This document shows, piece by piece, positions 1 through 10,564 of a stretch of DNA of 64,000 nt; positions within the stretch are counted from its first letter, which is position 1; the number at the start of each line of letters is the position of its first letter. Both the position numbers and the translations under genes were made by a program. Under the pieces are notes generated by a model. It saw only the letters and a program-made list of their open reading frames with translations, was not told the DNA's origin and made no database searches. The stretch spans positions 4,412 to 68,411 of the forward strand of contig CACHZG010000004.1 in the NCBI GenBank assembly GCA_902584365.1, written 5' to 3'. This DNA comes from an uncultured Pelagibacteraceae bacterium. Its GTDB lineage: Bacteria > Pseudomonadota > Alphaproteobacteria > Pelagibacterales > Pelagibacteraceae.

Positions 1-970
1 AGTTGAGGAATTTAAATTAAAGAAAATGTGGAGATCTCCTAACGGTACCATAAGAAATATTCTCGGAGGCACTGTTTTTAGAGAACCAATTATTTGTAAA
101 AATGTCCCAAAACTTGTTCCTGGCTGGACTAAACCAATTGTAATTGGAAGACACGCTTTTGGAGATCAGTATAGAGCTACTGATTTTCTCATCCCTGGTG
201 AAGGTAATTTAGAGGTAAAATGGACCTCAAAAGATGGGACAGATAAAAAAGAATTTAAAGTTTTTAATTTTACTGGATCAGGCACAGCATTAACTATGTA
301 TAATTTAGATGACTCAATTAAAAACTTTGCAAGAGCATGCATGAATTATGGACTTGGAAGAAAATGGCCAGTATATTTATCTACAAAAAATACAATCTTA
401 AAAGCTTATGATGGAAGATTTAAAGATCTTTTCCAAGAAATTTATGAAAAGGAATTTTCGGATGAATTTAATAAGGCAAATATTACCTATGAACATAGAT
501 TAATAGATGACATGGTTGCATGTGCAATGAAATGGAATGGTGGTTATGTTTGGGCATGTAAAAACTATGATGGTGATGTACAATCTGATACCGTAGCACA
601 AGGATTTGGCTCGCTTGGATTAATGACTAGTGTTTTAATGACACCAGATGGTAGAACAGTTGAGTCTGAAGCTGCACATGGAACCGTAACAAGACATTAT
701 AGAATGCACCAAAAAGGTAAAGAAACATCAACAAATCCGATAGCATCAATATTTGCATGGACCAGAGGTTTAGCCCATAGAGGAAAACTAGATAACAATG
801 ATGACTTGATAAAGTTTTCTCAAAGTTTAGAAGAGGTGTGCGTTAAAACTGTAGAAAGCGGATCTATGACCAAGGATCTAGCAATTCTGATTGGTAAATC
901 AACAAAATATCTTACTACAAATCAATTTTTAGAAGCAATTGACGGAAATTTAAAAAAAAAACTTAACTAA
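1..970 (+). CDS. icd: NADP-dependent isocitrate dehydrogenase (5' end outside window)
   Basis: [27 protein letters not shown] and [10 protein letters not shown] motifs; frame is open back to position 2 ([12 protein letters not shown]). Confidence 0.97.
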   Translation, partial: VEEFKLKKMWRSPNGTIRNILGGTVFREPIICKNVPKLVPGWTKPIVIGRHAFGDQYRATDFLIPGEGNLEVKWTSKDGTDKKEFKVFNFTGSGTALTMYNLDDSIKNFARACMNYGLGRKWPVYLSTKNTILKAYDGRFKDLFQEIYEKEFSDEFNKANITYEHRLIDDMVACAMKWNGGYVWACKNYDGDVQSDTVAQGFGSLGLMTSVLMTPDGRTVESEAAHGTVTRHYRMHQKGKETSTNPIASIFAWTRGLAHRGKLDNNDDLIKFSQSLEEVCVKTVESGSMTKDLAILIGKSTKYLTTNQFLEAIDGNLKKKLN

Positions 971-3638
971 TTTTTTCTAATATTTTATTATAAGCTTCAT
1001 CTATCTTGTTTCTATTGATACCTCCTGCTTGCGCAAAATCTTTTCTTCCACCTCCACCTGTTCCTCCTAAAATGTTTGAGGCAACCTTAACGAGTTGAAC
1101 TGCATCATATTTTGTTGTTAAATCTTTTGATATTCCGATTGCTATACCAACCTTTTCTTCAAATATTGAAAAACCAATCACAATTCCTGATTTTATCTCT
1201 TTTTTTCCTTCGTCCACAATACTTCTTAGTTCTTTTGGTGGAAAATCATTTAAAATTTGTTTTCGAAGTAATACATTACCGATTTTCTGGTCTTTTATTA
1301 TGTTTTTATTTTTATCTTTTTTTATATTTTCAACTTTTACTTTATCTAGTTGCTTTTTTAAATTTTTCAAATTTTCTTTTAGATCAAAATGATCATCATA
1401 TTTTGGTTTAATTTTTAATTTTTGTAATTCTTTCTTAATTAATTCAATGTCTTTTAAAAAATTTGTCTCTTCTGCTTTAATTTCTTTTTGTTTATTTTTT
1501 TCATATTTTTCAAGTTGATCATCTCTCAAAGCTTCAACTCTTCTGACTCCCGAAGCAATTGAAGATTGGCTTATAATTTTAAATTTACCCACTTCTTTGG
1601 TGTTCTTTACATGTGTGCCTCCACATAGTTCGGTTGAAAAAAAACCATTGTTTTCTTTTCCCATAAAAACAACTCGCACCTCATCACCATATTTTTCACC
1701 AAATAAAGCTAAAGCGCCCATACTAACTGCCTCTTTGGGTGTCATTATTCTTGTTTGAACGTCTGAGGATCTATCAACAATTTCATTCACTATTCTATTA
1801 ATTTTAATCATCTCCTCTTTTTCGATAGGTTTGTTATGACTAAAATCAAATCTTAGTCTTTCAGGGGAAACCAAAGATCCTTTTTGTGTAACATGCTTTC
1901 CCAATGTTCTTCTTAGTGACTCATGTAGCAAATGTGTTGCGGAATGATTAGCTCTAGAATTATTTCTTTTTTTTTTATCAATTTCTAAATTAACATTTTC
2001 TCCTATTTTGATTGATCCATTTTCAATTTTTCCATAATGAACAAATAAATCTCCCATTTTTTTTTGAGTATCATTTATTTTAATTTTGCAGTTAGAACTA
2101 AAAATATAACCTTGGTCACCTACTTGCCCACCTGACTCTCCATAAAATGGTGTTTGATTTGTTATTACTTCTATATCATCCCCAGAATTAGCCTTGTCAA
2201 CAAACTTATTGTTTTTACAAATTTTTATTATTACGCCTTCAGCTTTATCAAATTCATAGCCTAAAAATTCTGTGGGGTTCAGTTCCTCTCTAATTTTAAA
2301 CCATCTTTCCTCAACAGATTTGTCTCCTGATCCTTTCCAATTAGCTCTTGCTAAAGCTTTGCTTTTTTCCATCTCTCTTTCAAAACCGGTGTTATCTACC
2401 TTAATGCCTTTGCTTCTTAAGATGTCTGCAGTGAGATCTAAGGGGAATCCATAAGTATCGTACAGTTTAAATGCTTCTGCGCCCGAAAGAATTTTATTTT
2501 GAACTTTATTTAAATTTGTATCAAGTATTTTCATTCCACGCTCTAAAAGAGATGAAAATTTTTCTTCTTCATTTTTTAGAGTTTCGACTATTAATTCTTT
2601 TCCGTTGGTCAGTTCAGGATAGCTAGTTTTCATTTCATTTAATAAAACTTCAAAAAGCTTATAAAAAACAGGATCTTTACTTTTTAAAGAGTGAGCGTGT
2701 CTCATTCCCCTCCTCATAATTCTTCTTAATACGTATCCTCTACCTTCGTTAGAAGGAAGTATCCCCTCGGCAATTAAAAAACTACTTGCTCTTAAGTGGT
2801 CTGCAATAACTCTATGACTAGCGATCGTTTCACTATTAATTTTGGTCTTTGTAATTTCTGATGAAGCGGCCATAATTTTTTGAAAGTGATCTATTTTGTA
2901 ATTATCATGTGTCCCTTGAAGAACAGCTGTCATTCTCTCGAGCCCCATACCTGTATCAACTGAAGGTTTTGGCAAATCGATTCTTTTTTCTTTAGAAATT
3001 TGCTCGAATTGCATGAAAACTAGATTCCAAATTTCAATAAACCTATCACCATCTTCATCTGGGCTTCCTGGTGGACCACCTTTTAATTTTTCTCCATGAT
3101 CGTAAAAAATCTCTGAGCACGGTCCGCATGGTCCTGTATCACCCATAGACCAAAAATTATCTGAAGTTGAAATTCTTATTATTTTATTTTCATTTAAACC
3201 TGCTATTTTTTTCCATAAATTAAAAGACTCGTTATCTTCATGAAATACAGTAACAGAAAGTTTATCTTTAGGTAGTTTGAAGTCTTTTGTTAATAAATTC
3301 CAAGCATGATGTATGGCTTGTTCTTTAAAATAATCACCAAATGAAAAATTTCCTAACATCTCAAAAAATGTATGGTGCCTTGGGGTATAACCAACGTTCT
3401 CTAGATCATTGTGTTTTCCTCCCGCTCTTACACATTTTTGTGAAGTTGTGGCTGTTTTATAAGATCTTTTTTCTAATCCAGTAAAAACATTTTTAAACTG
3501 AACCATTCCTGAATTGGTAAACATTAAAGTTGGATCGTTATTAGGTACAAGATTACTTGACTCTACTATTTGATGATTATTTTTCTTAAAATACTCTAAA
3601 AATTTTTTTCTGACATCTGTAAGTAAAATTTGGCTCAT
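963..3638 (-). CDS. alaS: Alanine--tRNA ligase
   Basis: [34 protein letters not shown], editing HSATH and ELCGGTHV, C-terminal [13 protein letters not shown]. Confidence 0.98.
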   Translation of the reverse strand: MSQILLTDVRKKFLEYFKKNNHQIVESSNLVPNNDPTLMFTNSGMVQFKNVFTGLEKRSYKTATTSQKCVRAGGKHNDLENVGYTPRHHTFFEMLGNFSFGDYFKEQAIHHAWNLLTKDFKLPKDKLSVTVFHEDNESFNLWKKIAGLNENKIIRISTSDNFWSMGDTGPCGPCSEIFYDHGEKLKGGPPGSPDEDGDRFIEIWNLVFMQFEQISKEKRIDLPKPSVDTGMGLERMTAVLQGTHDNYKIDHFQKIMAASSEITKTKINSETIASHRVIADHLRASSFLIAEGILPSNEGRGYVLRRIMRRGMRHAHSLKSKDPVFYKLFEVLLNEMKTSYPELTNGKELIVETLKNEEEKFSSLLERGMKILDTNLNKVQNKILSGAEAFKLYDTYGFPLDLTADILRSKGIKVDNTGFEREMEKSKALARANWKGSGDKSVEERWFKIREELNPTEFLGYEFDKAEGVIIKICKNNKFVDKANSGDDIEVITNQTPFYGESGGQVGDQGYIFSSNCKIKINDTQKKMGDLFVHYGKIENGSIKIGENVNLEIDKKKRNNSRANHSATHLLHESLRRTLGKHVTQKGSLVSPERLRFDFSHNKPIEKEEMIKINRIVNEIVDRSSDVQTRIMTPKEAVSMGALALFGEKYGDEVRVVFMGKENNGFFSTELCGGTHVKNTKEVGKFKIISQSSIASGVRRVEALRDDQLEKYEKNKQKEIKAEETNFLKDIELIKKELQKLKIKPKYDDHFDLKENLKNLKKQLDKVKVENIKKDKNKNIIKDQKIGNVLLRKQILNDFPPKELRSIVDEGKKEIKSGIVIGFSIFEEKVGIAIGISKDLTTKYDAVQLVKVASNILGGTGGGGRKDFAQAGGINRNKIDEAYNKILEKIS

Positions 3639-3682
3639 ATTTAATTAAATACAGATATTTATAAGGTTGTCTATAAAAGAGA

Positions 3683-4039
3683 TTAGCCTGTTTTTTGCTT
3701 TCCATTGTCGACTACTAAGCAAATTTCTGATTTTGTAAGAAATCTTTGACCAGTTCCATTATCTAGTGAAAACATTCCACCTATCCCCTTAACTGCATCT
3801 ATCGTTAAGTCAGTATGTTTCCATTTTTCATATTGATCACCATTCATATAAAAAGGTACACCGCCTATTTCTCCTAATTTAATGTCGTTATCTCCTAAAG
3901 GAAATTCTCCCTCTTTAAAACACATCGGAGCACTACCATCACAACATCCTCCTGACTGATGAAACATTAATTTTTCACCATATTTTTCTTGTAATTTAGA
4001 TAGCAGACTTAATGCTGCGTGTGTGGCTGATACTTTCAT
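3683..4039 (-). CDS. DUF779-family protein, typical partner of AldB-type aldehyde dehydrogenases
   Basis: MFHQSGGCCDGSAPMC motif. Start placed at MKVSAT (4039), just after a GGA that follows the hairpin; the track start at 4057 lies inside the hairpin. Confidence 0.85.
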   Translation of the reverse strand: MKVSATHAALSLLSKLQEKYGEKLMFHQSGGCCDGSAPMCFKEGEFPLGDNDIKLGEIGGVPFYMNGDQYEKWKHTDLTIDAVKGIGGMFSLDNGTGQRFLTKSEICLVVDNGKQKTG

Positions 4040-4050
4040 TTTTTGTGTCC

Positions 4051-4075
4051 GGCCCATGATATAGAATCATGGGCC
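4051..4075 (-). other. Perfect 10-bp intercistronic stem-loop without a U-tract
   Basis: GGCCCATGAT-ataga-ATCATGGGCC between the aldehyde dehydrogenase stop and the DUF779 start. Confidence 0.75.
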
Positions 4076-4090
4076 AGTATATATTATTGG

Positions 4091-5644
4091 TTAAAAGAAG
4101 CCCAATTTTTTCTCAGCATAAGAAACGTGTAAGTTCTTATTCTGTCTATAATGATTAAGCATCATTTTGTGAGTCTCCCTACCTACGCCAGACTGTTTAT
4201 AACCACCAAATGGTGAATGTGCTGGATAAGCGTGATAACAATTTGTCCACACTATACCTGCTTGTATCGCTCTTCCCATTCTATAAGCAATATTACCATT
4301 TCTAGTCCAAACACCTGCGCCTAAACCGTAAAGAGTATCATTCGCGATTTTTAACGCGTCTGCTTCATCTTTAAATTTAATAACAGAAACAACCGGTCCA
4401 AAAATTTCTTCTTGAGAAATTCTCATATTATTTTTAGCTTCAAAAACAGTAGGTTGAATATAGTTTCCTTTTTCCAATCCACTATTTAATTTAGCCTGAG
4501 ATCCCCCAGTAAGAACTTTAGCACCCTCTTTTTTCCCTAGATCAAGGTAAGATTTAATCTTCTCAACTTGCTCTACAGAAGCTTGTGCTCCGATCATAGT
4601 CTCCATTTTTAAAGGATTATCCTGGACAACCGCTTTAGTTCTTTTAATACATCTTTCCATGAATTTATCATAAATAGACTCTTGAACTAATGCTCTACTC
4701 GGGCAAGTGCAAACTTCACCCTGGTTTAAGTTGAACATTACAAAACCTTCTACACATTTATCTAAGAAATCATCATCTTTTTCCATAATGTCTTCAAAGA
4801 AAATATTTGGAGATTTTCCGCCTAATTCCAAAGTTATCGGAATTATATTTTGTGCAGCATATTGCATGATCAATCTACCAGTTGTTGTTTCTCCAGTAAA
4901 AGCTACTTTAGCTACTCTTTTAGAGGACGCTAAAGGTTTTCCTGCTTCTAGTCCGAAACCACTTACAATGTTTACTACACCTGGAGGTAATAAATCTCCA
5001 ATTAATTCCATCATAACCATGATTGATGCCGGTGTTTGTTCAGCTGGCTTTAAAACAGAACAATTGCCTGCTGCTAAAGCCGGTGCTAATTTCCATGTCG
5101 CCATTAATAATGGAAAATTCCACGGAACTATTTGACCAACTACTCCAAGAGGCTCAGGAATATTATATGAATATTGAGAATTGCTTATTTCTGCTACAGA
5201 ACCTTCTTCTGCCCTGATTACCCCAGCAAAATATCTCCAGTGATCAATTACCAAAGGCAAATCTGCTGCCATACATTCCCTGATTGGTTTACCGTTATCT
5301 AAACACTCAGCTGTTGCTAATAAATTTAGATTTTTTTCTAATACATCGGCTATTTTGTACAAGATGTTTGACCTTGTTGTGATGTCTGTTTTTCCCCACT
5401 CTTTGAAAGCTGCGTGAGCTGCATCTAATGCTGCCTCCACATCCTTCTCGTTTGACCGTGCTACAGAACAGATTATCTCATTAGAGATCGGGCTTGGATT
5501 ATCAAAGTATTTTCCCGATTTAGGCTCAACAAATTTTCCATTTATGTAATTACCGTATTTAGCTTTAAATGGAAATTTAACCTTTAAATGAGAGGTATCT
5601 AGAACTGCGGACACTTTTGAGCTTTTAACTTGTTGTGTACTCAT
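4091..5644 (-). CDS. aldB: NAD-dependent aldehyde dehydrogenase, AldB/AcoD/ExaC (acetaldehyde) type
   Basis: [33 protein letters not shown], catalytic [26 protein letters not shown]. Confidence 0.9.
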   Translation of the reverse strand: MSTQQVKSSKVSAVLDTSHLKVKFPFKAKYGNYINGKFVEPKSGKYFDNPSPISNEIICSVARSNEKDVEAALDAAHAAFKEWGKTDITTRSNILYKIADVLEKNLNLLATAECLDNGKPIRECMAADLPLVIDHWRYFAGVIRAEEGSVAEISNSQYSYNIPEPLGVVGQIVPWNFPLLMATWKLAPALAAGNCSVLKPAEQTPASIMVMMELIGDLLPPGVVNIVSGFGLEAGKPLASSKRVAKVAFTGETTTGRLIMQYAAQNIIPITLELGGKSPNIFFEDIMEKDDDFLDKCVEGFVMFNLNQGEVCTCPSRALVQESIYDKFMERCIKRTKAVVQDNPLKMETMIGAQASVEQVEKIKSYLDLGKKEGAKVLTGGSQAKLNSGLEKGNYIQPTVFEAKNNMRISQEEIFGPVVSVIKFKDEADALKIANDTLYGLGAGVWTRNGNIAYRMGRAIQAGIVWTNCYHAYPAHSPFGGYKQSGVGRETHKMMLNHYRQNKNLHVSYAEKKLGFF

Positions 5645-5771
5645 TTTTCCCCCTTTTTATTTTATATCTAATTAAAACCAAAATGGTGATGATTGTACAC
5701 CTTTAATTTTGTCTTTTTTTTTTAACGTACTAAATATTGATTTAAACAATTTTTAGTTGATTTTTCATGGG

Positions 5772-5797
5772 AAACGGGAGATTAAAATCTCCCGTTT
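5772..5797 (-). terminator. Probable intrinsic terminator downstream of recA
   Basis: AAACGGGAGAT-taaa-ATCTCCCGTTT perfect 11-bp stem about 25 nt after the recA stop; U-tract is short. Confidence 0.7.
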
Positions 5798-5820
5798 ATA
5801 AATTGATGGCTTTTGATGAA

Positions 5821-6924
5821 TTACTCTTCTTCTTTTTTATCTTTAATTTTTTCGTTTGTTGAAGGATTGCCCTCCAGCTCTTTACTTATTGCTGTTGCTT
5901 GATCTCTAATTATTTTTTCTATTTCTGTTGCAACAGTCGGATTTTTTTGTAAGAAAACTTTTGCATTTTCTCTTCCTTGACCTATTTTTTCACCTTTATA
6001 TGCATACCAAGCACCTGATTTTTCAACTACCCCTGCTTTGGTTCCTAGATCAATTAATTCGCCAAGTTTACTAATACCTCTTCCATACATTAAATCAAAT
6101 TCTACAACCTTAAATGGTGGAGCAACTTTATTTTTAATTACTTTCACTCTTGTTGAGTTTCCAATAATCTGATCTTTTTCTTTTATTGCACCAATTCTTC
6201 TTATATCCATTCTTACAGAAGAATAAAATTTAAGAGCATTTCCTCCAGATGTAGTTTCTGGGTTTCCAAACATAACTCCAATTTTCATTCTTATTTGGTT
6301 TATAAATATTACCATTGTGTTTGATTTTGAAACAGAACCAGTAATTTTTCTTAATGCTTGGCTCATCAATCTCGACTGTAGACCAACATGATGATCGCCC
6401 ATTTCTCCCTCTAATTCAGCTTTAGGAGTTAATGCAGCCACAGAATCTACCACTAAAACAGAAATTGATCCTGATTTGATTAATGTGTCGGTTATTTCTA
6501 AAGCTTGTTCGCCAGTATCTGGTTGTGAAATTAAAAGTTCCTCAGTTTTAACACCAAGTTTCTTGGCGTATACTGGATCCATTGCATGCTCGGCATCTAC
6601 AAAGGCACATATTCCACCAGCTTTTTGTGCTTCTGCTACCACTTGCAAAGCTAATGTTGTTTTTCCTGATGACTCTGGTCCATAAATCTCAATTATTCTT
6701 CCTTTTGGTAACCCTCCAATTCCAAGAGCTAAATCAAGACTTAATGAGCCAGTTGAAATTGCTTCAACATCCAACGCTTGTTGCTGTCCCAGTCTCATTA
6801 CAGATCCTTTTCCAAAGTTTTGGTCTATTTGAGAAATTGCGGCTTCTAAAGACTTATTCTTTTCTTTTAATTCTTGTTGCTTTTTGTTGTCAGTTTTAAC
6901 AACTTTTAGATTATTTTTTGTCAT
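5821..6924 (-). CDS. recA: Recombinase RecA
   Basis: [38 protein letters not shown]; start moved to ATG 6924, preceded by AAAGGA. Confidence 0.98.
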   Translation of the reverse strand: MTKNNLKVVKTDNKKQQELKEKNKSLEAAISQIDQNFGKGSVMRLGQQQALDVEAISTGSLSLDLALGIGGLPKGRIIEIYGPESSGKTTLALQVVAEAQKAGGICAFVDAEHAMDPVYAKKLGVKTEELLISQPDTGEQALEITDTLIKSGSISVLVVDSVAALTPKAELEGEMGDHHVGLQSRLMSQALRKITGSVSKSNTMVIFINQIRMKIGVMFGNPETTSGGNALKFYSSVRMDIRRIGAIKEKDQIIGNSTRVKVIKNKVAPPFKVVEFDLMYGRGISKLGELIDLGTKAGVVEKSGAWYAYKGEKIGQGRENAKVFLQKNPTVATEIEKIIRDQATAISKELEGNPSTNEKIKDKKEEE

Positions 6925-6960
6925 TTTATATCCTTTTTGTTTTTTCGAATCATACTTATA

Positions 6961-6988
6961 AATGTACACATTTTGTTCTTTTAAGCAA
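6961..6988 (-). promoter_or_regulatory. recA promoter with overlapping alphaproteobacterial LexA (SOS) box
   Basis: Minus strand GAAC-aaaatgt-GTAC (6978..6964) matches GAAC-N7-GTAC/GAAC and lies inside TTGCTT-N16-TACATT. Confidence 0.85.
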
Positions 6989-7009
6989 GAGCTTAAAAAA
7001 ACAACAGTT

Positions 7010-8314
7010 TTAGGTGTTTTTAATGATGTTAATATCTAAATTTCCGATTTCCTTTAAAAGTTGAAATTGTGAGATAATAAAGTTTCTTTCAGCGTTCGCG
7101 TTAGAAATTCTTGCCTCCAACAAAAGGCTTCTTGATTGAATTAGTTCTAGGGTGGTTCTACTATTTCCAGAGTCATATTCTAAAGTAATACCCTCATTAG
7201 CTATTTCTGCTGCTTCAAGCTGAGACCTAGTAGCTTTTAAAACACTCTCTGAAGATTTGTAATTTGACCAAGCATTAGTAGTTTTTGACTTAGTCTGGAT
7301 CTCCATATTTTTTAAAGAAAGTTTTGATTGCTCATTTTTAAAATTTGATTTTTTAATTGAGGCAAAATTTTCCCCCCCTTTGATAATTGGCCAGCTTATT
7401 TTTGCTTCAACTTTTTCCTCATCCAATTGGTCAACTGTTAAACTTGCATCATTTTTTTCAGTTTTTGAAAAATTTAAAGTAGCTTTGGGAGAAAGCTTTG
7501 CTTTTTCAATAGCAAGATCTCTCTCGGCTGCAAGACTATCCATTTTAGCCATTATTAATTCAGGATTGTTTTTTAAAGCTATAGATAAAGACTCTGAGAG
7601 AGTTTTTGGTAACTTTAAATTAATATTTTCTCTTTTTTTTAAATTTTGAGTTACTGGTGGTTTAATTCCAGTAATTTTTTCAAAATTGATCTTAATGTTC
7701 TGAACTTCTGTATCTGAAATAATGAGGTCAGCGTTTGCTCCTGCCAAAGAGGACTCTGATTGAGCTAGATCTGTGAGAGTAATTTCACCTTTTTGTAATC
7801 TTATTCTATCCGACTCAACTTGCCTTTCAAATAGTGAAACATTATCGACATTAAAAGATTTTGTATCAGTTCTTAATATTAAATCATAGTACACAATAGC
7901 AGTATTTAAAATTGTTTCTTGTTCTACTTTTTTTAAACTTGCAGATGACTTTTGTAATTCAATTTCAGATTTTTTATAAGAGTTATACCCTTGAAAACCT
8001 TGAAAAATTTTTTGCTCAATATTTATAGATTTTGATTGAGTATCTAAGTTACTGTCACTAAGCGAAGTACCTGAAGAGTCAGTTCTATTTGTTAGTTGAG
8101 AACTTGACTGAGAGCCCTCAATGGTCAAACTTGGTAAAAATTCACTTTTTGAAATATTGATATCTTGTTCTTTTGCTTTAAAGTTTTTTCTCTCGGCATT
8201 TAATTTTAAATTATTTTTATATGCTTCATTTATAAAATAAACAAGATGATTTTCAGCTTGTAATTTACTTAATTGTAAAACAAAAAAAATTAATATTATT
8301 TTAAAAATTTTCAT
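7010..8314 (-). CDS. tolC: TolC-family outer membrane efflux protein
   Basis: Signal peptide, two OEP repeats ([39 protein letters not shown]). Confidence 0.85.
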   Translation of the reverse strand: MKIFKIILIFFVLQLSKLQAENHLVYFINEAYKNNLKLNAERKNFKAKEQDINISKSEFLPSLTIEGSQSSSQLTNRTDSSGTSLSDSNLDTQSKSINIEQKIFQGFQGYNSYKKSEIELQKSSASLKKVEQETILNTAIVYYDLILRTDTKSFNVDNVSLFERQVESDRIRLQKGEITLTDLAQSESSLAGANADLIISDTEVQNIKINFEKITGIKPPVTQNLKKRENINLKLPKTLSESLSIALKNNPELIMAKMDSLAAERDLAIEKAKLSPKATLNFSKTEKNDASLTVDQLDEEKVEAKISWPIIKGGENFASIKKSNFKNEQSKLSLKNMEIQTKSKTTNAWSNYKSSESVLKATRSQLEAAEIANEGITLEYDSGNSRTTLELIQSRSLLLEARISNANAERNFIISQFQLLKEIGNLDINIIKNT

Positions 8315-9219
8315 TTGATTTTCATAGAAGTAAGCCTGTGTTTTGTATCCAACTTAATTGTTATATCAGCCAACTTACTCGTTTTTTTAAGCATTGATTT
8401 GGTAATTCTTTCATAAAACATAATGAATCTTTTAATCTGATCCTTGTTCATAATTTTTTTTCCTTTGGATAATAAGCTTAATTTTTTTTCTTGTAACAAT
8501 CTCCACTTATAAACATATTTAAAACTTGGTATTTTGAGAAATATTAAAGTATTTATCATGTTAAATATTTTTTTGTAATTTTTTTTTAATTCTTGATTTA
8601 TAATTTTTCTCCATATAATTTTTTTGTCTTCTTTTTTTTCTAGCAGATTTATTGGAAGTTTAATATCTGATTTTTTGGACGCTAAAGCTCCAACACACCA
8701 TCCTTCAAAAATGATTATATCTGGTTTTTCTTTAATAATAGACCATTTTTTTTTTGGAGATCTATCGTCTATAGATTTATCAAATCTAGGAATATAAAGT
8801 TTTTTAAAATTTTTACTTTTCAATTTTTTTAAATCTCTATAAAGTCTTTTAGTATCATGTGTGCCAGGAACTCCTCTGGTCAAAAAAAGATTACTTGTTT
8901 TTTTGGAAAATTTTTTTCGTTCTTTTATAGTTTTATAATAATCATCTATTGAAAAATTTATTACTCTCATTTTATACTTTTCTTCAAGTATAATTTTCAA
9001 AATTTTTGCGATTGTTGATTTGCCAGATCCTTGACCACCAGATAGTCCAATTAAATTATTTGTTTTGTTATTTCTTAAAGATCTATAAATATATTCACTT
9101 ATTGGTAAATAAAAATTTTTAAATTGATTTAATTTATTTAAAAAAGGTTCTCCTTTTACCTCTTGTTTCTTTAAAAATAGTAAGTATTTTTTTTTTAAAA
9201 TTTGATCGCTTGAATTCAT
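8311..9219 (-). CDS. P-loop kinase of the D-glycerate 3-kinase (GLYK)/uridine kinase-like family
   Basis: GGQGSGKST, SIDDYY, RGVPGTHD, PRFDKSIDDR, IFEGWCVG, YKWRLLQE. Confidence 0.75.
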   Translation of the reverse strand: MNSSDQILKKKYLLFLKKQEVKGEPFLNKLNQFKNFYLPISEYIYRSLRNNKTNNLIGLSGGQGSGKSTIAKILKIILEEKYKMRVINFSIDDYYKTIKERKKFSKKTSNLFLTRGVPGTHDTKRLYRDLKKLKSKNFKKLYIPRFDKSIDDRSPKKKWSIIKEKPDIIIFEGWCVGALASKKSDIKLPINLLEKKEDKKIIWRKIINQELKKNYKKIFNMINTLIFLKIPSFKYVYKWRLLQEKKLSLLSKGKKIMNKDQIKRFIMFYERITKSMLKKTSKLADITIKLDTKHRLTSMKIK

Positions 9220-9584
9220 TTTTTATCTAAAGGATGATTCTTACCATCAATCATTTTTATCTCCTTTTCATTTAATCCTTCTCGATTTTCAAGACACATA
9301 ATATTAAAACCAAATAATTTTGGATCTCTTCTAGGATTGTGATGAGTATATATCCCACAAATTGAGCAGAAAAAATGATTAGCTGTATTTGAATGAAACT
9401 GATATTTTTTTAAAAAATTTTCTCCTTCCACTATTTTAAAGTTCTCAGGTTGAGTTATTGCCATTAAAGCGTTTTTTTTAGAACATAAGGAACAATTGCA
9501 TTTAATTAAATTTGATATCTTCTCAGGTGTAGTAACCTCTATAACTACCTTTTTACAGTGACATTTTAGTTTTCTTTTAATCAT
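9216..9584 (-). CDS. GFA/CENP-V family zinc protein
   Basis: CHC...CNCSLC...HFFCSICG cysteine pattern. Confidence 0.85.
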   Translation of the reverse strand: MIKRKLKCHCKKVVIEVTTPEKISNLIKCNCSLCSKKNALMAITQPENFKIVEGENFLKKYQFHSNTANHFFCSICGIYTHHNPRRDPKLFGFNIMCLENREGLNEKEIKMIDGKNHPLDKK

Positions 9585-9697
9585 AATTTACCTTTTTTTC
9601 ATTACATTAGTAGCAATCAAAAAAACCCCGTAAAATAATGTTCTCGTTTTGATTCACTTTTGATTCCTAATCAGACTCTAAATACAACCTCAGTTTG

Positions 9698-10564
9698 TTA
9701 CAAGGATTTTATTTGTGCAATATTTGTTTCTGAGTTGATCAGACTTAAGTAGTCTTCTCTTAATGAGACCAAAAATACTAGCAACATAAAAATTAATGAA
9801 AAGATGGATATTAATAACCAAAAAGGACCGATTAGCTCTCTTAGAAAATAAGATATCGCGATTAACAAAGAGGTCCTGAAAAATACAGATTCTTTAAAAG
9901 ATGCCATTATAGCTAACGAGTGTATTACAAGTTTAATTAAACTCATCTTAGAGGGTCCAAAATATCTTAATCCTCTTATAGAATCGATCTCTACCAAATT
10001 AGTTAAATTTTTTGTTACAGAACCCGAATAGCTGCTCCAAGTTGTTTTCTTTTCAATTAAAATTTTTGCATCTTTGAAAGTTAAACAACTATAGTTTCCG
10101 AAAAAAATTTTCTTTCCTGTAGTTAAGAAAGTAAGAATTTTATGAGTTTCATACAAAAGTTTAAAAATAAAACCTTCTGATCTTTTTACTCTCTTTGCAA
10201 CAACAGATGAGTTATCAAGAGAAGTAGCTTTAGAAATAAGATATTTTATTTCTTCTGGCCTATCCTCACCATCACCATCCATTAAAATAACAAAGTCAAA
10301 TTTCTCATTATTAACCAGATATCTTAAACCACTTGCGATACACCTTGCATGACCAATATTTTTTTTTAAATCTAAAATTTTAAAATTTTTAAAGGTTTGT
10401 GGTTTGGAGACATTTCCCATTTGTATCGTCGATGAGTCATTTATAATAATACAATTGAATTCAAAATTATTAATACTTTTAATTTCTTTGTGAATGTTTT
10501 CAATCAATGTTTCAAGTGACTCCCAGTCATTAAATACTGGAATTAAAAAAAATATTTTTTTCAT
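9698..10564 (-). CDS. GT2 glycosyltransferase (polyprenyl-phosphate sugar transferase-like) with C-terminal TM helices
   Basis: IPVFND, IINDSS, NIGHA, MDGDGED, RYFGPSKMS; start 10564 forms an ATGA overlap with the upstream stop. Confidence 0.85.
   Translation of the reverse strand: MKKIFFLIPVFNDWESLETLIENIHKEIKSINNFEFNCIIINDSSTIQMGNVSKPQTFKNFKILDLKKNIGHARCIASGLRYLVNNEKFDFVILMDGDGEDRPEEIKYLISKATSLDNSSVVAKRVKRSEGFIFKLLYETHKILTFLTTGKKIFFGNYSCLTFKDAKILIEKKTTWSSYSGSVTKNLTNLVEIDSIRGLRYFGPSKMSLIKLVIHSLAIMASFKESVFFRTSLLIAISYFLRELIGPFWLLISIFSLIFMLLVFLVSLREDYLSLINSETNIAQIKSL

Noticed and set aside
4707-5135. Antisense ORFs in the track (also 40976-41365, 44880-45308, 54375-54761, 57647-58045, 60535-61014 and others)
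   Set aside because: Shadow frames opposite well-conserved genes, with no recognisable motifs
5738-5751. FNR-like box TTGATTTAAACAA upstream of the aldehyde dehydrogenase
   Set aside because: One base short and mismatched relative to TTGAT-N4-ATCAA
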